64,000 nucleotides of DNA. Source: the human T2T-CHM13v2.0 reference genome, Homo sapiens. Made by a program: the position numbers and the translations under genes. The notes below the pieces were generated by a model. The model was given only the letters and a program-made list of their open reading frames with translations, did no database searches and was not told the DNA's origin. Shown one piece after another: positions 1 to 12,847 of this stretch. The stretch spans positions 3,136,001 through 3,200,000 of the forward strand of contig CP086569.2 in NCBI GenBank assembly GCA_009914755.4. The letters are read 5' to 3'. Every line of letters begins with the position of its first letter. Position 1 is the first letter of the stretch.

Positions 1-985
1 GTCCCAGTGTGGGTGAGTAAGTACTAAATGAAAAATCCACTCTTAACATTCAATTTTCTCTAAGCCTCTTAATCCCTTCCTCTACATTACACCAAAGGAG
101 GTAGGCATTTTTGGTTCACTCAAAGTGGTCAATATTTTGGTTCCTATCTCAGCCAATCATTAAAAAAACTGCTAGAGTAATTTTTAACTCCCTGAACTGC
201 AACATTAAATGCAGAATCTCTGTTAAGTGAGCCTATATTAATAAATTTGGCTTAATCCAATTTTATGTCACTTCCACCATTATCCCGTAACCTCCATATT
301 TATTTCCACACATATTTCCTGATTTATGTCTGTATTAATTAGAAAAGTCAAGTAGTTTCTGGAAGTGCACACCTCCTCATTGGTCACACTTTGTACCTCA
401 TCATTAGTGGCCTGGTGGTACCTGAGTCCAGTTACAGGTCTATAAGCAAATAAGGGTAAAATAGATGGATCATGAAGAGAAGCAACATTTTCTGGGGTGG
501 CAATTGTCTCAGGGGAGGTAATTACTGTTTTTTTTCAGGTAATGCAGAGTTAATCCACTCACGCAGGGCTGGAAAGGCTGATACCGCTGGGGGTGTGGAT
601 GATGTTGCCACTTGGAGTGGAGATACTGCTTTGGCTTGGAGTAGGGAGGCCACTTATGCTGAGGTTAGGAAGAACTGTTCCACTGACAAAACTAACATCG
701 GAATTTAGAAGCTCAGTTTCCCCAGTATAATCAGCCATTCCACATGTCCCCATTCCAACTTACAAGATGCCATTTTTTTCCCTAATTTTTTTTTCTACTT
801 TTACAATAGACACCCTGTGAAGCTGGTTGGGAGTTCAACTTGAATTGTAATTCAGACAATTGCAGGATGAGATTCTGAGTTTGATTTTCAGCAACATCAG
901 CTCTGTGGCTATAGAAGATAAAAGTTTCTTTCAAGACACACATAGAAACCTTCAAGTCATGTATGCAGCACATGAGGTGGTATAT

Positions 986-1300
986 ATAAATATAGATATG
1001 CTTAATATACATAATATATTTATGTATATTTCAGGGATTTGATATATATTATATATATTAGTATATCATATATGTGATATATTAAATATAAATATATATT
1101 CAAATCCCTGATATATATTTAATATATATCATTTTGTAGATATACATATATACATGTGGATATATATTATATATAAATATATACCTATATGCATATATAA
1201 ATATATGCCTATAAACATATATATAGTACATATAAATATATACCTATAAACATATATAATATATAAATATATACATATATACATACATAAATATATTTAA
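986..1300. repeat. AT-rich simple/low-complexity tract ((TA)n, (CATATA)-like and ~30-bp 'ataaatatatacctataaacatatat' units) containing a quasi-palindrome
   Basis: Direct reading of the atatat/acatat runs. A left arm 'cagggatttgatatatatt...' begins at 1032 and its reverse complement '...aatatatattcaaatccctg' ends at 1110. Confidence 0.9.
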
Positions 1301-2384
1301 CCACATTAAACCAGTGACATTTGAGCAACTAACTGACTTTATCATATTTCTCAGCTTTCTGTAAATATTCAAAAGTATTATAAACATAGTTATCAAGCTT
1401 CTTGTTTCTTATAAGTGGTTAATCAAGAGTATCCAATACAAATATTTTGTATGTCTCTATTACCAATTTATGCTGTGGACTATCAGTGCTTTCTCTACTA
1501 CTGGAAATAGAGTCACTGGAATATCTAAGTTATATCAGATTAGGAAGCCAATTCCAGAAACTCTAGATCAACACAGAAACGCATGTTTAGAATTTTTTTT
1601 TCCTCTAGAATACTCCCAGTACCAAAATCTGCATTTTTCAGGGTTTTTCAGAAAAATTGAATCAGTAGCATAGCTAGCTAGATAGATAAGTAAATTAGAT
1701 TTGTTGTAAGACATTGTTTCACATAATTATGGAGGATGAAAATTCTCATGCTATGTCATCTGCAAGCCAGAGACTCAAGAGAAGCCTGTAGTTTAGTTAA
1801 AAGGCCTTAGAGTTTAAGAGCTGATGGTTTAGGTCTTAGTCTAAAGTGTGAAGGCTTAAGAACCAGTAGTTCCCAGGACAGAAGAAGATTGTCATTCCAG
1901 CTCAAGCATTGTGGCAGAAGAAGGAAGGATCCAACCTTCTTTCACTTTTGCCTTTTTGTTTTATTCAGACTCTCAAAGGATTGGATGATGCCCACATGCA
2001 ATGGGGAAAGCCATCTGCTTGACTCAGTTAACCAATTAAAATGCTTACCTCTTCCAGAAGCACCCTCACAGACACATCCAGAAGTAATGTTTAATCAGAT
2101 GTCTACATCCTAAGGCCATGTCAAGTTGACATAATATCATGCATCACACCCAATGTCTTATAGTAATATACATTTGTTCAGAAGTGTAATACAAATTTAG
2201 TCACAATAAAAATGTTAGCCTTAATAGCCCCAGTGTGAAAAAATATTATTTAATAATTCAAGAGTTTCTTTAATTTTAAATATGTAAAATTATTTTTTAA
2301 AAAATAAATTATTAAAACTAAGATTTATACCATAGTTAGTATCTGAGAGGCACTGGGTTAACAAACCTTTGGTGCCGATGCTCA

Positions 2385-2540
2385 TTTAATCTTCATGGCA
2401 ATCCTGCAATGTTATTCTTATTCTTATTTGACTCCAATTTTATAGATGATGAATACTTAAGTACAGATAATTTAAGTAATTTGAATGAAGGATCAGAGCC
2501 AATAAGTCCCTGCTCCTAATTACTTTGCTATGTAACCAGA
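2385..2540 (-). mobile_element. MIR SINE fragment (core region)
   Basis: The window reads 'ttttatagatgatgaatacttaagtacagataatttaagtaatttgaatgaaggatcagagcc'. This resembles the MIR core 'ttttacagatgaggaaactgagg...gttaagtaacttgcccaaggtcacacagctagtaagtggcagagcc', with the consensus read in reverse orientation. Confidence 0.4.
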
Positions 2541-3407
2541 CTCAATGCTTATGACATTTATATTATTACATTCAAGTTAAATAAGGAGTATATTAAACCT
2601 AACCATTCCTAACTGTTTTTTCCCTTCATTTACTCATTTAATTCAATAGAGATGTAGGTATGGAATACATCTCACTTGGAACATGGAGTATGTTTTTGGA
2701 AAATGATAGCACCATTTATTTCTGAAATAATTACATTTAAAACAAAGCTTAGAAAATTGTTTCAGTCATATATTAGACTGTAAACAGATGTGTAACAAGG
2801 ATAATTTACCCTGGTTCATATTCTGCTAAAATTGATAAATATTTGACTTATATCTGGAAATTTAACTCAAGTATTAAATGTAGTTGTTGTACAATTTGTT
2901 TGCACTTTTCAGTAAGACTTAAGGTGAATGCAAATCTTAGCTCTAGGAGTTCTGCCACTTTCTTTTTTCGATGTCTAGACAGAACTCATAATGCCTATTT
3001 AACTATGTTTCATATGTTAGGAAAGGAAAAACAATCTCTCTTTCCCTCTATAGAAGAATGTTATAAGCATTAAGAGATTTTTAAAAAATATATTTGATAT
3101 ATGCAAAGTAGACTTTATGGTAGGCATTCCTGTATTTTCTTTAACATTCCAGTAGAAGAAGCAATCTAAATTGTCAAGATGCTTTATGCTGCTAAATCAA
3201 ATCAAATAAAAATTAATTTCTACTTCCTATTGGATGTAATTTTTGATCAAAAATACTCCTACGTTTTGTAGGGATAGATGATTTGGAAATATAATTTACT
3301 GAGCAATCTAAAATATACTTGAACGCACATCTCTGTGAATTTTTGATAATATAGGCATAATTATAAAAGTGGTATAATATAGTTTCAGGACATTATAACA
3401 AGCTAAG

Positions 3408-4525
3408 TTTTTTTTTTTTAATAATTTCAAACTTTCATTTTAGATTCAGGGGGTACATGTGTAGGTTTATTACCTGGGAATATTACATGATGCTGAGGTT
3501 GGTGGTACAATAGATCCTATCACCCAGGTACTAAGTATAGTACCCAACAGATTGTTTTTCAAAGCTTGCCTCCTTCCTCTCTTCCCACTCTAGTAGTCTG
3601 CAGTGTCTATTGCTGCCACCTTTTTGTGCATGAGTACCCAAAGTTCAGCTCCCTCTTATAAGTGATAATATGCTGTATTTGATTTTCTGTTACTGCATTA
3701 ATTTGCTCAGGATTATGGCCTCCAGCTGCATTCATGTTGCTGCAGCTGATGTGATTTCATTTCTATGGCTGCATAATATTCCATGGTCTAAACATACCAC
3801 ATTAAAAAAAAATTCCAATCCACCATTCATAGATACCTAGTTTGACTCAATGTCTTTGTTACTGTGAATAGTGCTGTGATGAACATAAGAATGCATGTGT
3901 TTTCTTTTTTTGATAGAATGACTTATTTTCTTTTGGATATTTACCCAGTTTTGGGATTGCTCGGTCAAATCATAGTTGTGTTTTATGTTCTTGGGGAAAT
4001 CTGCAAATTGCTTTTCACAGTAGGTGAATTAATTTACATTCCCACCAACAGTATGTAAGCGTTCGCTTTTCTTCACAGCCTCACCAACATCATCAACATC
4101 TGCTGTTTTTTGACTTTTTAATAGTAGCCATTCTGATTTGTGTGAGATGGTATCTCATTGTGGTTTTGGATTACATCTCTCTGATGATTAATGATATTAA
4201 GTATTTTTCATGTTTGTTGGCTACTTGTATGTCTTCTTTTGAGAAGTATCTGTTCATGTCTGTTGCCCATTTTTAATGGAGTTATTTGATTTTGCTCATT
4301 CAACTCTTTAAGTTTTTTATAGATTCTGGATATTAGACCTTTGTTGGATGCACAGTTTTTGAATTTTCTCCCATTCTGTAGGTTGTCTGTTTACTCTGTT
4401 GATAGTTTATTTGTTGTGCAGAAGCTCTTCGGTTTAATTAGGTTCCAACTGTCCATTTTTGTCTTTGTTGCAATTGCTTTGGATACAGCCTAAATGTTTC
4501 TGTTTTTGCATATACCCACAGAATT
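3408..4525 (-). mobile_element. LINE-1 3' fragment (3'UTR plus ORF2 C-terminal region), older primate/mammalian subfamily, 5'-truncated
   Basis: A poly-T run at 3408-3419 is the poly-A tail seen on the minus strand. The sequence after it is the reverse complement of the L1 3' end ('gggtacatgtg...', 'ggcctccagctgcattcatgttgctgcagc', 'taatttacattcccaccaacagt', 'tgtgagatggtatctcattgtggtttt', 'ttctcccattctgtaggttg'). Confidence 0.9.
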
Positions 4526-5263
4526 TGAAACATGTAATTTCTTTCTTTTCCTTTTTTATTGCAAACTAAAAATAATCTGACAGATAAATGATTGTTCAAG
4601 TCCAGATGATTTAAAAAAATATATATATATATATAGCCTTCTTAATTAGCAACAATAATGAAAAAGGGTTAAAATAACACAAAATCTTGTAATTATTTTT
4701 CATTTGGAAATTTCAAACCCCCAAAAGATGAATAAAATTCAGTTAGGGCTCATTACAAGCACAACCCATCCAGTGAGAGAGATTGCAATATTGGTACATT
4801 AACTTTGGTCATTTTTGACTCAGTAAATAATGATCTACTTAGAACTGTTACTAGGTACATCCACAATTTAATAATAATAATAATACACACACATATTTAC
4901 AATAAATATTTATTTTAGCGAAAAAAATTGTGACAAATAAGAGTGAAGAATACAATGAAATTTCTATGAAGTTTTGCTTCAGTTTTTGATTATGCTTTTT
5001 GATCACATGAAAATTGCATTAATATATAAAAAGATAAGCATGAGAATTCATCATTGCTGACAAATATTTCTGATGAAACTAAGTTGATATGCATTTATTC
5101 TTCATAGTTGGTAAAATCTAGGCCTTAATTTACTTTATATCATTTAATAAAGTATTTTTAATTCTAATTGGAGCACTTAAATGATAAAAAGAGATAGATA
5201 TTTGACTTTGCTTTACCCAGAATTCTTTTTAAGGTTTATGATATTTTTTAGAAAAGAAATATA

Positions 5264-5402
5264 GCTGGGCCCAGTGGCTCATGTCTGTAATCCCAGCAAT
5301 TTGGGAGGCTGAAGCAGGATGATCACTTGCGTCCAGGAGTTTGAGACCAGCCTGGGTAATACAGTGAGACCCCACCTCTAGTATAAATTAAAAAAAAAAT
5401 TT
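5264..5402 (+). mobile_element. Alu left-monomer-like element (FLAM/truncated Alu) with A-tail
   Basis: 'gctgggcccagtggctcatgtctgtaatcccagcaatttgggaggctgaagcaggatgatcacttg...gagaccagcctgggtaatacagtgagacccc' is followed by an A-run and lacks the right monomer. Confidence 0.8.
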
Positions 5403-6164
5403 AAAAAGAATAAAAATAAGAATAAATATAATTTAAAATTCCTCCTTTAAATATATATTTTTAATTTTGATTTTTGTGGGTACACAGCTGGTGTATATAT
5501 TTATGGACTATTATTTTGAAAGTCAAATGAAAATTTTATCATTTAAACCTTAAGAAGCTTTAATATAAGTCTCAGATTTGCAAATAGGTACCTGAGAATA
5601 TACACGTGATTTTATTTCTTTTAGAAAATAAAGCAAATAAAACAGAGTAAACACAAAGGAGGATCAACTAGTTGAAAATGTTTATTATACCTTATCCAGA
5701 ACGTCATGCCAGGTACATAAGCTGATATTTTGAATACAGCTAGTATAAACTGACTCAAATGTAATTTTCTTCAAGTCATTCAGTTTAATAAGTTATTATG
5801 ATTTAGATTGGCATTTCACTGTTACCCACTGTATGTAGTTTTCAGAAACCTCCATTAATTAACTTTGGTTACTCTGAAAATTATTAGAAGAGAAACTCAT
5901 GTCTTCTTTGTACATTGTGGGTTACACAGTTCCGTGTCCATTACTTCAACCTTGTCTTTTAACTTATATATCTCCTCAGAATTTATCTGCACTTGTTAAT
6001 TTTTATTTTGGGTTTGTTCTAAAGCTGCTTTCCTCCAATAATCTATCTTTTACTAAATCTACTTCACAGTCATTACATCATATATTCTATTCACACTTAC
6101 ATTTTGTATGGCTTTCCCCTTGCACATAGTATTTTTAATTAAAATTTTCACTTTGGAGTAGTTA

Positions 6165-6606
6165 TAAATTCACATCCAGTTTAAAAGAAATAGTACAACA
6201 CCATTTATTAAATAGGGAGTCCTTTCCCCATTGCTTGTTTTTGTCAGGTTTATCAAAGATTAGATGGTTGTAGATGTATGGTATTATTTCTGAGGCCTCT
6301 GTTCTGGTCCATTGGTCTATATATCTGTTGTGGTACCAGTACCATGCTGTTTTGGTTACTGTAGCCTTGTAGTATAGTTTGAAGTCAGGTAGTATGATGC
6401 TCCCAGCTTTGTTCTTTTTGCTTAGGATTGTCTTGGCTATATGGGCATTTTTTTTGTTCCATGTGAAATTTAAAGTAGTTTTTTTCTAATTCTGTGAAGA
6501 AAGGCAATGGCAGCTTGATGGGGATAGCATTGAATCTATAAATTACTTTGGGCAGTATGGCCATTTTCACGATGTTGCTTCTCCCTGTCCATGAGCATGG
6601 AATGTT
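6165..6606 (-). mobile_element. LINE-1 ORF2 segment in inverted orientation (5' part of a twin-priming-type L1 insertion)
   Basis: Reverse complement of L1 ORF2: 'ccatttattaaatagggagtcctttccccattgcttgtttttgtcaggttt...ccagtaccatgctgttttggttactgtagccttgtagtatagtttgaagtcaggtag...gccattttcacgatgttgcttctccctgtccatgagcatggaatgtt'. Confidence 0.9.
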
Positions 6607-7870
6607 GAGAAAATTGGCTAGCCATATGCAGAAAACTGAAACTGGATCCCTTCCTTACACGTTATACAAAATTAACTCAAGCTGGATTAAAGACTTAAAT
6701 GTAAGACCCAAAATCATAAAAACACTGGAAGAAAACCTAGGCAATACCATTCAGGACATAGGCATAGGTAAAGACTTCATGACTAAAACACCAAACGCAA
6801 TGGCAACAGAAGCCAAAATTGACAAATGGGATCTAGTTAAACTAAAGAGATTCTCCACAGCAAAAGAAACTATCATCGGAGTGAACAGGCAACCTACAGA
6901 TGGGGAGAAAAATGTTTGCAATCGATCTATCTGAGAAAGGGCAAATATCCAGAATCTACAAAAAAAACAAATGTACAAGAAAAAAATAAACAACCCCATC
7001 AAAGAGTGGGCGAAGGCTATGAACAGACACTTCTCAAAAGAAGACGTTTATGTGGCCAACAAACATATGAAAAAAAGCTCATCATCACTGGTCATTAGAG
7101 ACATGCAAATCAAAACCACAGTGAGATACTATCTCATGCCAGTTAGAATGGCGATCATTAAAAAGTCAAGAAAAAACTGCATGTGAATTTACAATTACTT
7201 CACAGTGAAAATCTTAACAGAGGAGAGGATGTGGAGAAATAGGAATGCTTTTACACTGCTGGTGGGAGTGTAAATTAGTTCAACCATTGTGAAAGACAGT
7301 GTGGTGATTCCTCAAAGATTTAGAACCAGAAATACAATTTGCCCAGCAATCCCATTACGGGGTATATGCCCAAAGGATTATAAATCATCCTACTATAAAG
7401 GCACATGCACACGTATGTTTATTGCAGCACTGTTCATGATAGCAAAGACTTGGAACCAGCCCAAATGCCCATCAATGCTAGACTAGATAAAGAAAATGTG
7501 GCACATATACACCATGGAATACAATGCAGCCATGAAAAAGGATGAGTTCATGTCCTTTGCAGGGACATGGATGAAGTTGGAAGCCATCATTCTCAGCAAC
7601 CTAACGCAAGAACAGAAAACCAAACACTGCATGTTCTCACTCATAAGTGGGAGCTGAACAATGAGAATGCATGGAAACAGGGAGGAGAACATCACACACT
7701 GGGGCCTGTTGGGGAATGGGTGGCTAGGGGACAGATAGCACTAGGAGAAATACCTAATGTAGATGATGGGTTGATGGGTGCAGCAAACCACCATGACATG
7801 TGCATACCTATGTAACAAACCTGCACATTCTGCACATGCATCCCAGAACTTAAAATATGATAATAATAAT
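6607..7870 (+). mobile_element. LINE-1 ORF2 C-terminal region plus 3'UTR in direct orientation with degenerate A-rich tail (3' part of the same insertion)
   Basis: 'aaattggctagccatatgcagaaaactgaaactggatcccttccttacac...gacatgcaaatcaaaaccacagtgagatactatctcatgccagttagaatggcgatcattaaaaagtc...cctatgtaacaaacctgcacattctgcacatgcatcccagaacttaaaatatgataataataat'. The L1 region immediately 5' of this is the adjacent inverted segment. Confidence 0.92.
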
Positions 7871-8439
7871 ACAGAGAGATCTTGTACACTTTTCAGCCAG
7901 TTTTCCTCATTTGTAACATTTTACATAGAGTCAAATAACACAACCAGAATATTGACACTGAAATTATTTCTTCATGCTTATAAGTTTACCATTTTAAAAA
8001 TATCATATAATTATGCAGTATATAACCCTGGGGGATTTTATTGTTTAATTCAGCCTAATTCATTTGAAATCCATCAAGTTGTTGCATGCATCAATAGATT
8101 ATTTCTCTGTATTGTTGAGTAATAACCCATGTGCCACAGATTATTTAACCATTTATCCATTGAAAAATATCTGATTTGTTAACTCAGTACTACTAACAGT
8201 AAAGCTGATATAAACATTTTGTACAAGTTTTTGTATAAATATAATTTTCATTTTTTGGATAATATGGAAATTGCATATTTAGTTTATAAGAAACTGTCAA
8301 AATAATTTGCAATGTATGGGTGCCCTTTTATATTACCAAGAAAAATATATGCGTAATCTAGTTCTTTTACATTCTAACCAGTATTGACATTGTCACTTTA
8401 AAAAAACCATAGCAATTTTGATAGGTATTTAGTAATATT

Positions 8440-8761
8440 CCACGAAACTGAATAATTAATAAAGAACAGATTTATTTCTCACAGCTCTGGAGACTGAAAG
8501 TCCAAGGTCAAGGGGCTCACATCAGGCAAGGACTTTTTTTCTGTGTCATTCCATGGTGGAAGGCAGAATGGCAAGAGAGTGCAGGAGCAAGAGAGAAAGG
8601 GTGTGGAACTTACCACTTGTTCACAAAATCACTCCCCTGATAACTAAGTCACTTGTGAGGGTTCTGCCTAATGACCCCTTGAGCGTCCCACATTTCAATG
8701 CTGTTGCACTGGAGATTAAGCTTCCAATACATAAACTATGGAGGACATATTAAAACCACAG
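8440..8761 (+). mobile_element. MaLR LTR fragment (MLT1-like)
   Basis: 'aacagatttatttctcacagctctggagactgaaagtccaaggtcaagg...ttccatggtggaaggcagaatggcaagag...acatattaaaaccacagc' matches the MaLR/MLT1 motifs 'aacagaaatttattctctcacagttctggaggctagaagtccgaaatcaaggtg' and 'caacatat...acccataaca'. Confidence 0.5.
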
Positions 8762-9004
8762 CAATTACTAATATTGAGACATTCTTAGTGTTAACTATTT
8801 TCAAAATGAAAATTGGTTAGAAATTTTTAAATGAAAAATTAAAATGTTTAAGCTTGAATTTGTTTGGATATTATACTTATTTTGATGTGGTTTGAAAATA
8901 TATACGTAGAAAATGCAAACAATTGATCTAGTTTTGAAATAGAACTATTAGGAGCAGACTGTTACTCAGAGAATAGAACCAGAGATCTGTGGGAACTTGA
9001 AAGA

Positions 9005-9115
9005 GGCAATATTTATTGAGTGCCTACTTCATGTCAATCATTGTTCTATGCACCAGGGTTTATCCAGTGAACCAAACAGACAGAAATACTTACCTTCATG
9101 GAACACCATATTAAT
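9005..9115 (-). mobile_element. MIR SINE fragment (3' region)
   Basis: 'tatttattgagtgcctacttcatgtcaatcattgttctatgcaccaggg' resembles the reverse complement of the MIR 3' end '...cctggcacatagtaagcgctcaataaatg'. Confidence 0.35.
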
Positions 9116-11118
9116 GAGTATTGTAAACAAATAATATTTATAAGTAAAATACATATTATATTTAAATCATTGAGTACTAAATGAGAAAAAATAAAGCAAT
9201 GAAGGATAATATAAAATTATTATGTGGATAGTCATCTATGGAAAAAATCTTTTAGGCAGAAAAAATAGCCATTTTAAAGATTCTTAATAGCTAATATGAA
9301 GTTGAATGTAAGTGTCTGGAGTTCCTTGGAAAGCTCATGGCTGGTAATATAAATGTAACAGTCACTAATGTCTGTGTATAGCTACTCTGAAGTCATTTTT
9401 GACTGCCAATCTTGAAGTAATGTAAAGTTGCCAAATAAATTTGGTGATCCTATTGGTTATAACTGATATTTTTAGAAGTTACTTGAATGCTTACTTATGT
9501 ATTTTTGCATCTAATAATGATTGATAAATCCCAGAAATAAAAGGAAGAAAACAAAAAATCTATTCATAATGTCAGATTCTGGCATTCAAAATCCTACTCA
9601 TATGTCAGTTGGAGAACAAAGCTTTCAGCCAACACAGTTTGAACTGGAAGCTACCAGGATTCCTCCAGATCCAGAATGAAGGCACTTCATTTTAAATTCA
9701 TATTTGAAGGGCCCTATTCATTGATGTCATGGCAATAGGTAAAAGTCATATTTTGATTTTGTGATCTGATATATTTGTTTTTCCATTGGCACCTGGCTTC
9801 ACCCTGTGGGAAGTACCTTGTCTTCTATTATCCCCATTTCTCATCTTTGTGGGAGGATATACTCCTCAAGGACTGCACAGACTGATTTGTGTGTTTTACT
9901 GTTACCATCATTTTAGAAAAAAAATTTCTCAAAACCCTAGTAACTTTCTCATCTATTTGAGTCTAAGCAATTCCAAACACCAACAACCACATAGAAAAGT
10001 TTTCCTGGATGTAAATCTCAACTCTGTTGTATTTTGTGGCTTTCTTGCTCCTTTGCATGTCTCAGCTTGATGACTTATAATTTACTGTCATCTGAAGTAA
10101 TAGTTTGGAATAGATAAAGGAAACACCTAAATATGATCTTTATTTGGAAGACTGAGTTCCTTTGTTTAACTAAAAATTCTTAATGAATCTCTGTTGCTCA
10201 AAGTCTTTTTCAGTTTTATCTCCCACTCTCTGGGGTGCAAACATACTCAGATGTTCTAATCCAATAAGGCCTCAAATTCATTCAGTGTTCTCTATTATCT
10301 TTGCTATTTCCACAAGCCAGCCAGGAGTAATATTTCGAGTCCATAGCTAAAGATAATTTATTTCTTTTTATATATAAGTCCAATATATTTGTTTGTAATA
10401 GATGCACAGATATACTGCATACATAAGTTTAAGGATTCATTCTTCTTTCATCTTGTGGCTTCAGCGTGCCTCAGGGCCTTTGAGTCCTCTGTTTAAAGTT
10501 GGCTGACTTGAAAAGACAGGCAAGGTAGAGATGCATTGGCTTTTTAACAGTCTTTGCCTTTAAGAGACACATATCATTTCTGTTTATATTCTATCATAAG
10601 AACTAACTATGTTGCCCTTCATATATCCACAAGCATCTGAGAAATGTAGTTTATGGCTGGGCAGCCACTTCACAATGACAATTTTATAGAAGAACCATGA
10701 ATTTTGATGAAAAGATAGCTGACTTTACAGCATTGTATATCATAAATGTGCACTTTTATTCTTCTCTAGATCATGGCATACAGATTACTTCAGTTCATTA
10801 ACAGAATGTGGACTCTGGGATTTAAAATTATAGAAAATAGGAGTTAGTGAAAATGGTTTTATATGTAACCATAGAGTGAATATCTGATAGACAAGTAGCC
10901 ACTGGTCTGGTCAGAATACACCTCAAATGCCAAGTGCATTCTCTACATGGGATACTATCAAATAGCACTACAAGGTATGCTAACCACAATGCTTCCACCA
11001 GGTCTTATGTATAGTCACCACTTGTGTAGCAAAATTATCCTTGAGTTCAGAGTCAGAATTGATTCAGATATTAAGGAAATTATGAAACTTTAAGTTCCAT
11101 ATTAAGAAAATTAAAACA

Positions 11119-11300
11119 TTCTATAATGATTTCATTTAAGGTTACTATGACATAAAAAGTTTCGTAGCTTTTAATTAAGCACACATTTATAATAATAGTT
11201 GTTATTTTAGGTAATATCAGGGTGTTGTAAAAGAATTGCCCACTAACCTCATTTCCAGTTACCACTGACAGATGTGTAAAAACAAGTTGTCTCTCTCTCC
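11119..11300. repeat. Copy 1 of a locally duplicated ~180-bp segment (unclassified interspersed or segmental repeat)
   Basis: 'ttctataatgatttcatttaaggttactatgacataaaaagtttcgtagcttttaattaagcacacatttataataatagttgttattttaggtaatatcagggtgttgtaaaag...cagatgtgtaaaaacaagttgtctctctctc' recurs 470 bp downstream. Confidence 0.8.
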
Positions 11301-11588
11301 TGATAGTGTCTGATAGTCTAACTTTCTAAATGTCTAACAACCCTGTCTTTGTCACCTTGATCCTTACACTATGATCTACTCCTTTTATCCCTCAAATTCA
11401 AAAGGTACTCTAATCCTGAAATATCAGGTCAATACCCACTCTCCTTAGAGAACATTCTCTGATTGCTTTTAAGATCTTTCAAGTGAAAAATTGCATATAT
11501 CTTATTTGAAGGTATTTAGAATCTAAAAAAAAAGATATAAATTTTGCCTCATTTTAGTACTTTTACGTGAAAAGTCTATGCTTGGGAC

Positions 11589-11769
11589 TTCTATAATGAT
11601 TGGATTTTAGGTTAATATGACTTAAAAAGCATTCATATCTTTTAATTAAGCACACATTCATATTAATAGTTATTATTTTAGGTAATATCAGGGTGTTATA
11701 AAAATTGCCCAGTAGCCTCACTTCCAGTGATCACTGACAGATGTATGAAAACAAGTTGTCTCTCTCTCG
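11589..11769. repeat. Copy 2 of the ~180-bp duplicated segment (about 85% identical to copy 1, same orientation)
   Basis: 'ttctataatgattggattttaggttaatatgacttaaaaagcattcatatcttttaattaagcacacattcatattaatagttattattttaggtaatatcagggtgttataaaa...cagatgtatgaaaacaagttgtctctctctc'. Confidence 0.8.
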
Positions 11770-12494
11770 ATAATCTATTTTATAATTCAAGTGCTAAAGA
11801 GAATGCTGTGTATTGATTGATAAAATTTAATCGCAGTTATTTTATGAGTTGCTTATTGTTGGAGTTAAGAGGGAGTGAATAAGAACTGCAAATGAAAAAT
11901 GAATTTTATATTTGGGGAAAAGAGAAAATAGTCTCACAGTTATTACTTAATGTTTAATAATATACCAAAAATTGATTACATCAAAAGAGAAAGGAACCTA
12001 TGAGATATGTGACTCAGAATAATTCTTTATAGTCATATGAGAAATTAAGCCTATAAATTAATGTGAAAATATATTTGTTTATATATGTGAACACAAATTG
12101 GTGTCTTAGATCATTTTAATTCAAGCAAAACCATTTCTTTAAAAATAGAGATTCTAGCATCAGTTGAATCCAAAGAATCACATGCAAATTAGTTGCTAAA
12201 GGACTGTATTCCTAAATAAGATCTCTGTACCAACCTATTCCTTCACAATTTCTTTTTAGAGAAAACATAATTACATTGTTTTGCTAACATTTTTTGAGGA
12301 CTGCACCTAGTTCATCGATTGGCAAAATATTTTTCTTTTCTAAAGCTTTATATAACAATAAAACTACTTTAGCATTTATTTGGATATTAGGCTATAGGTG
12401 CTATAATACCAAAAAATAAAAATTCATACACACATACACACTAATGAACCCTTTTACTGAAACCAAAACATCTTTCTGAGAATAAATATAGTGT

Positions 12495-12847
12495 TGTTAA
12501 ATCAAGTTTAGCCTAAAGCTGCCTCCTTACATATTTTAAGTTTGTCCTAAAAGTTTCTCTGCACATTGTGAACTATAAAATTGGAAGTGTAAACACATCA
12601 TAGCCTACACTTGTGCCAGTCACCGAGTTTTGCCCAATCAAATGTAGCCAGCTGTTTGAATTGTGTTCAAATAAGGCAAATGCTGAGCTATAGCCAATCC
12701 AGCTCTTTCTGTACCTCATTTTCATTTTCTGTTCGTCACTTTTCTTTTTCTGTCCCATAAATCTTCCACCACGTGGCTGCAGTGGAGTCTCTGAGCATAC
12801 TCTGGCTTGGTAGGCCACCTGATTTGTGAATTGTTCATTGCTCAATG
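12495..12847 (+). mobile_element. 5' LTR of an ancient endogenous retrovirus remnant (family not determined)
   Basis: This ~353-bp block starts 'tgttaaatcaagtttagcctaaagctgcctcc' and recurs about 2.7 kb downstream with roughly 80% identity. It contains 'tgtgaactataaaa' (TATA-like), two CCAAT motifs ('gcccaatcaaat', 'agccaatcc') and '...cattgctcaat' near its 3' end. Confidence 0.65.

Noticed and set aside
6548-7186. ORFs of 128, 60 and 71 aa on the plus strand that look protein-like
   Set aside because: They are fragments of L1 ORF2, readable as L1 reverse-transcriptase C-terminal peptides such as '[20 protein letters not shown]' and 'MQIKTTVRYYLMPVRMAIIKKS'. The reading frame is broken and they are not a host gene.
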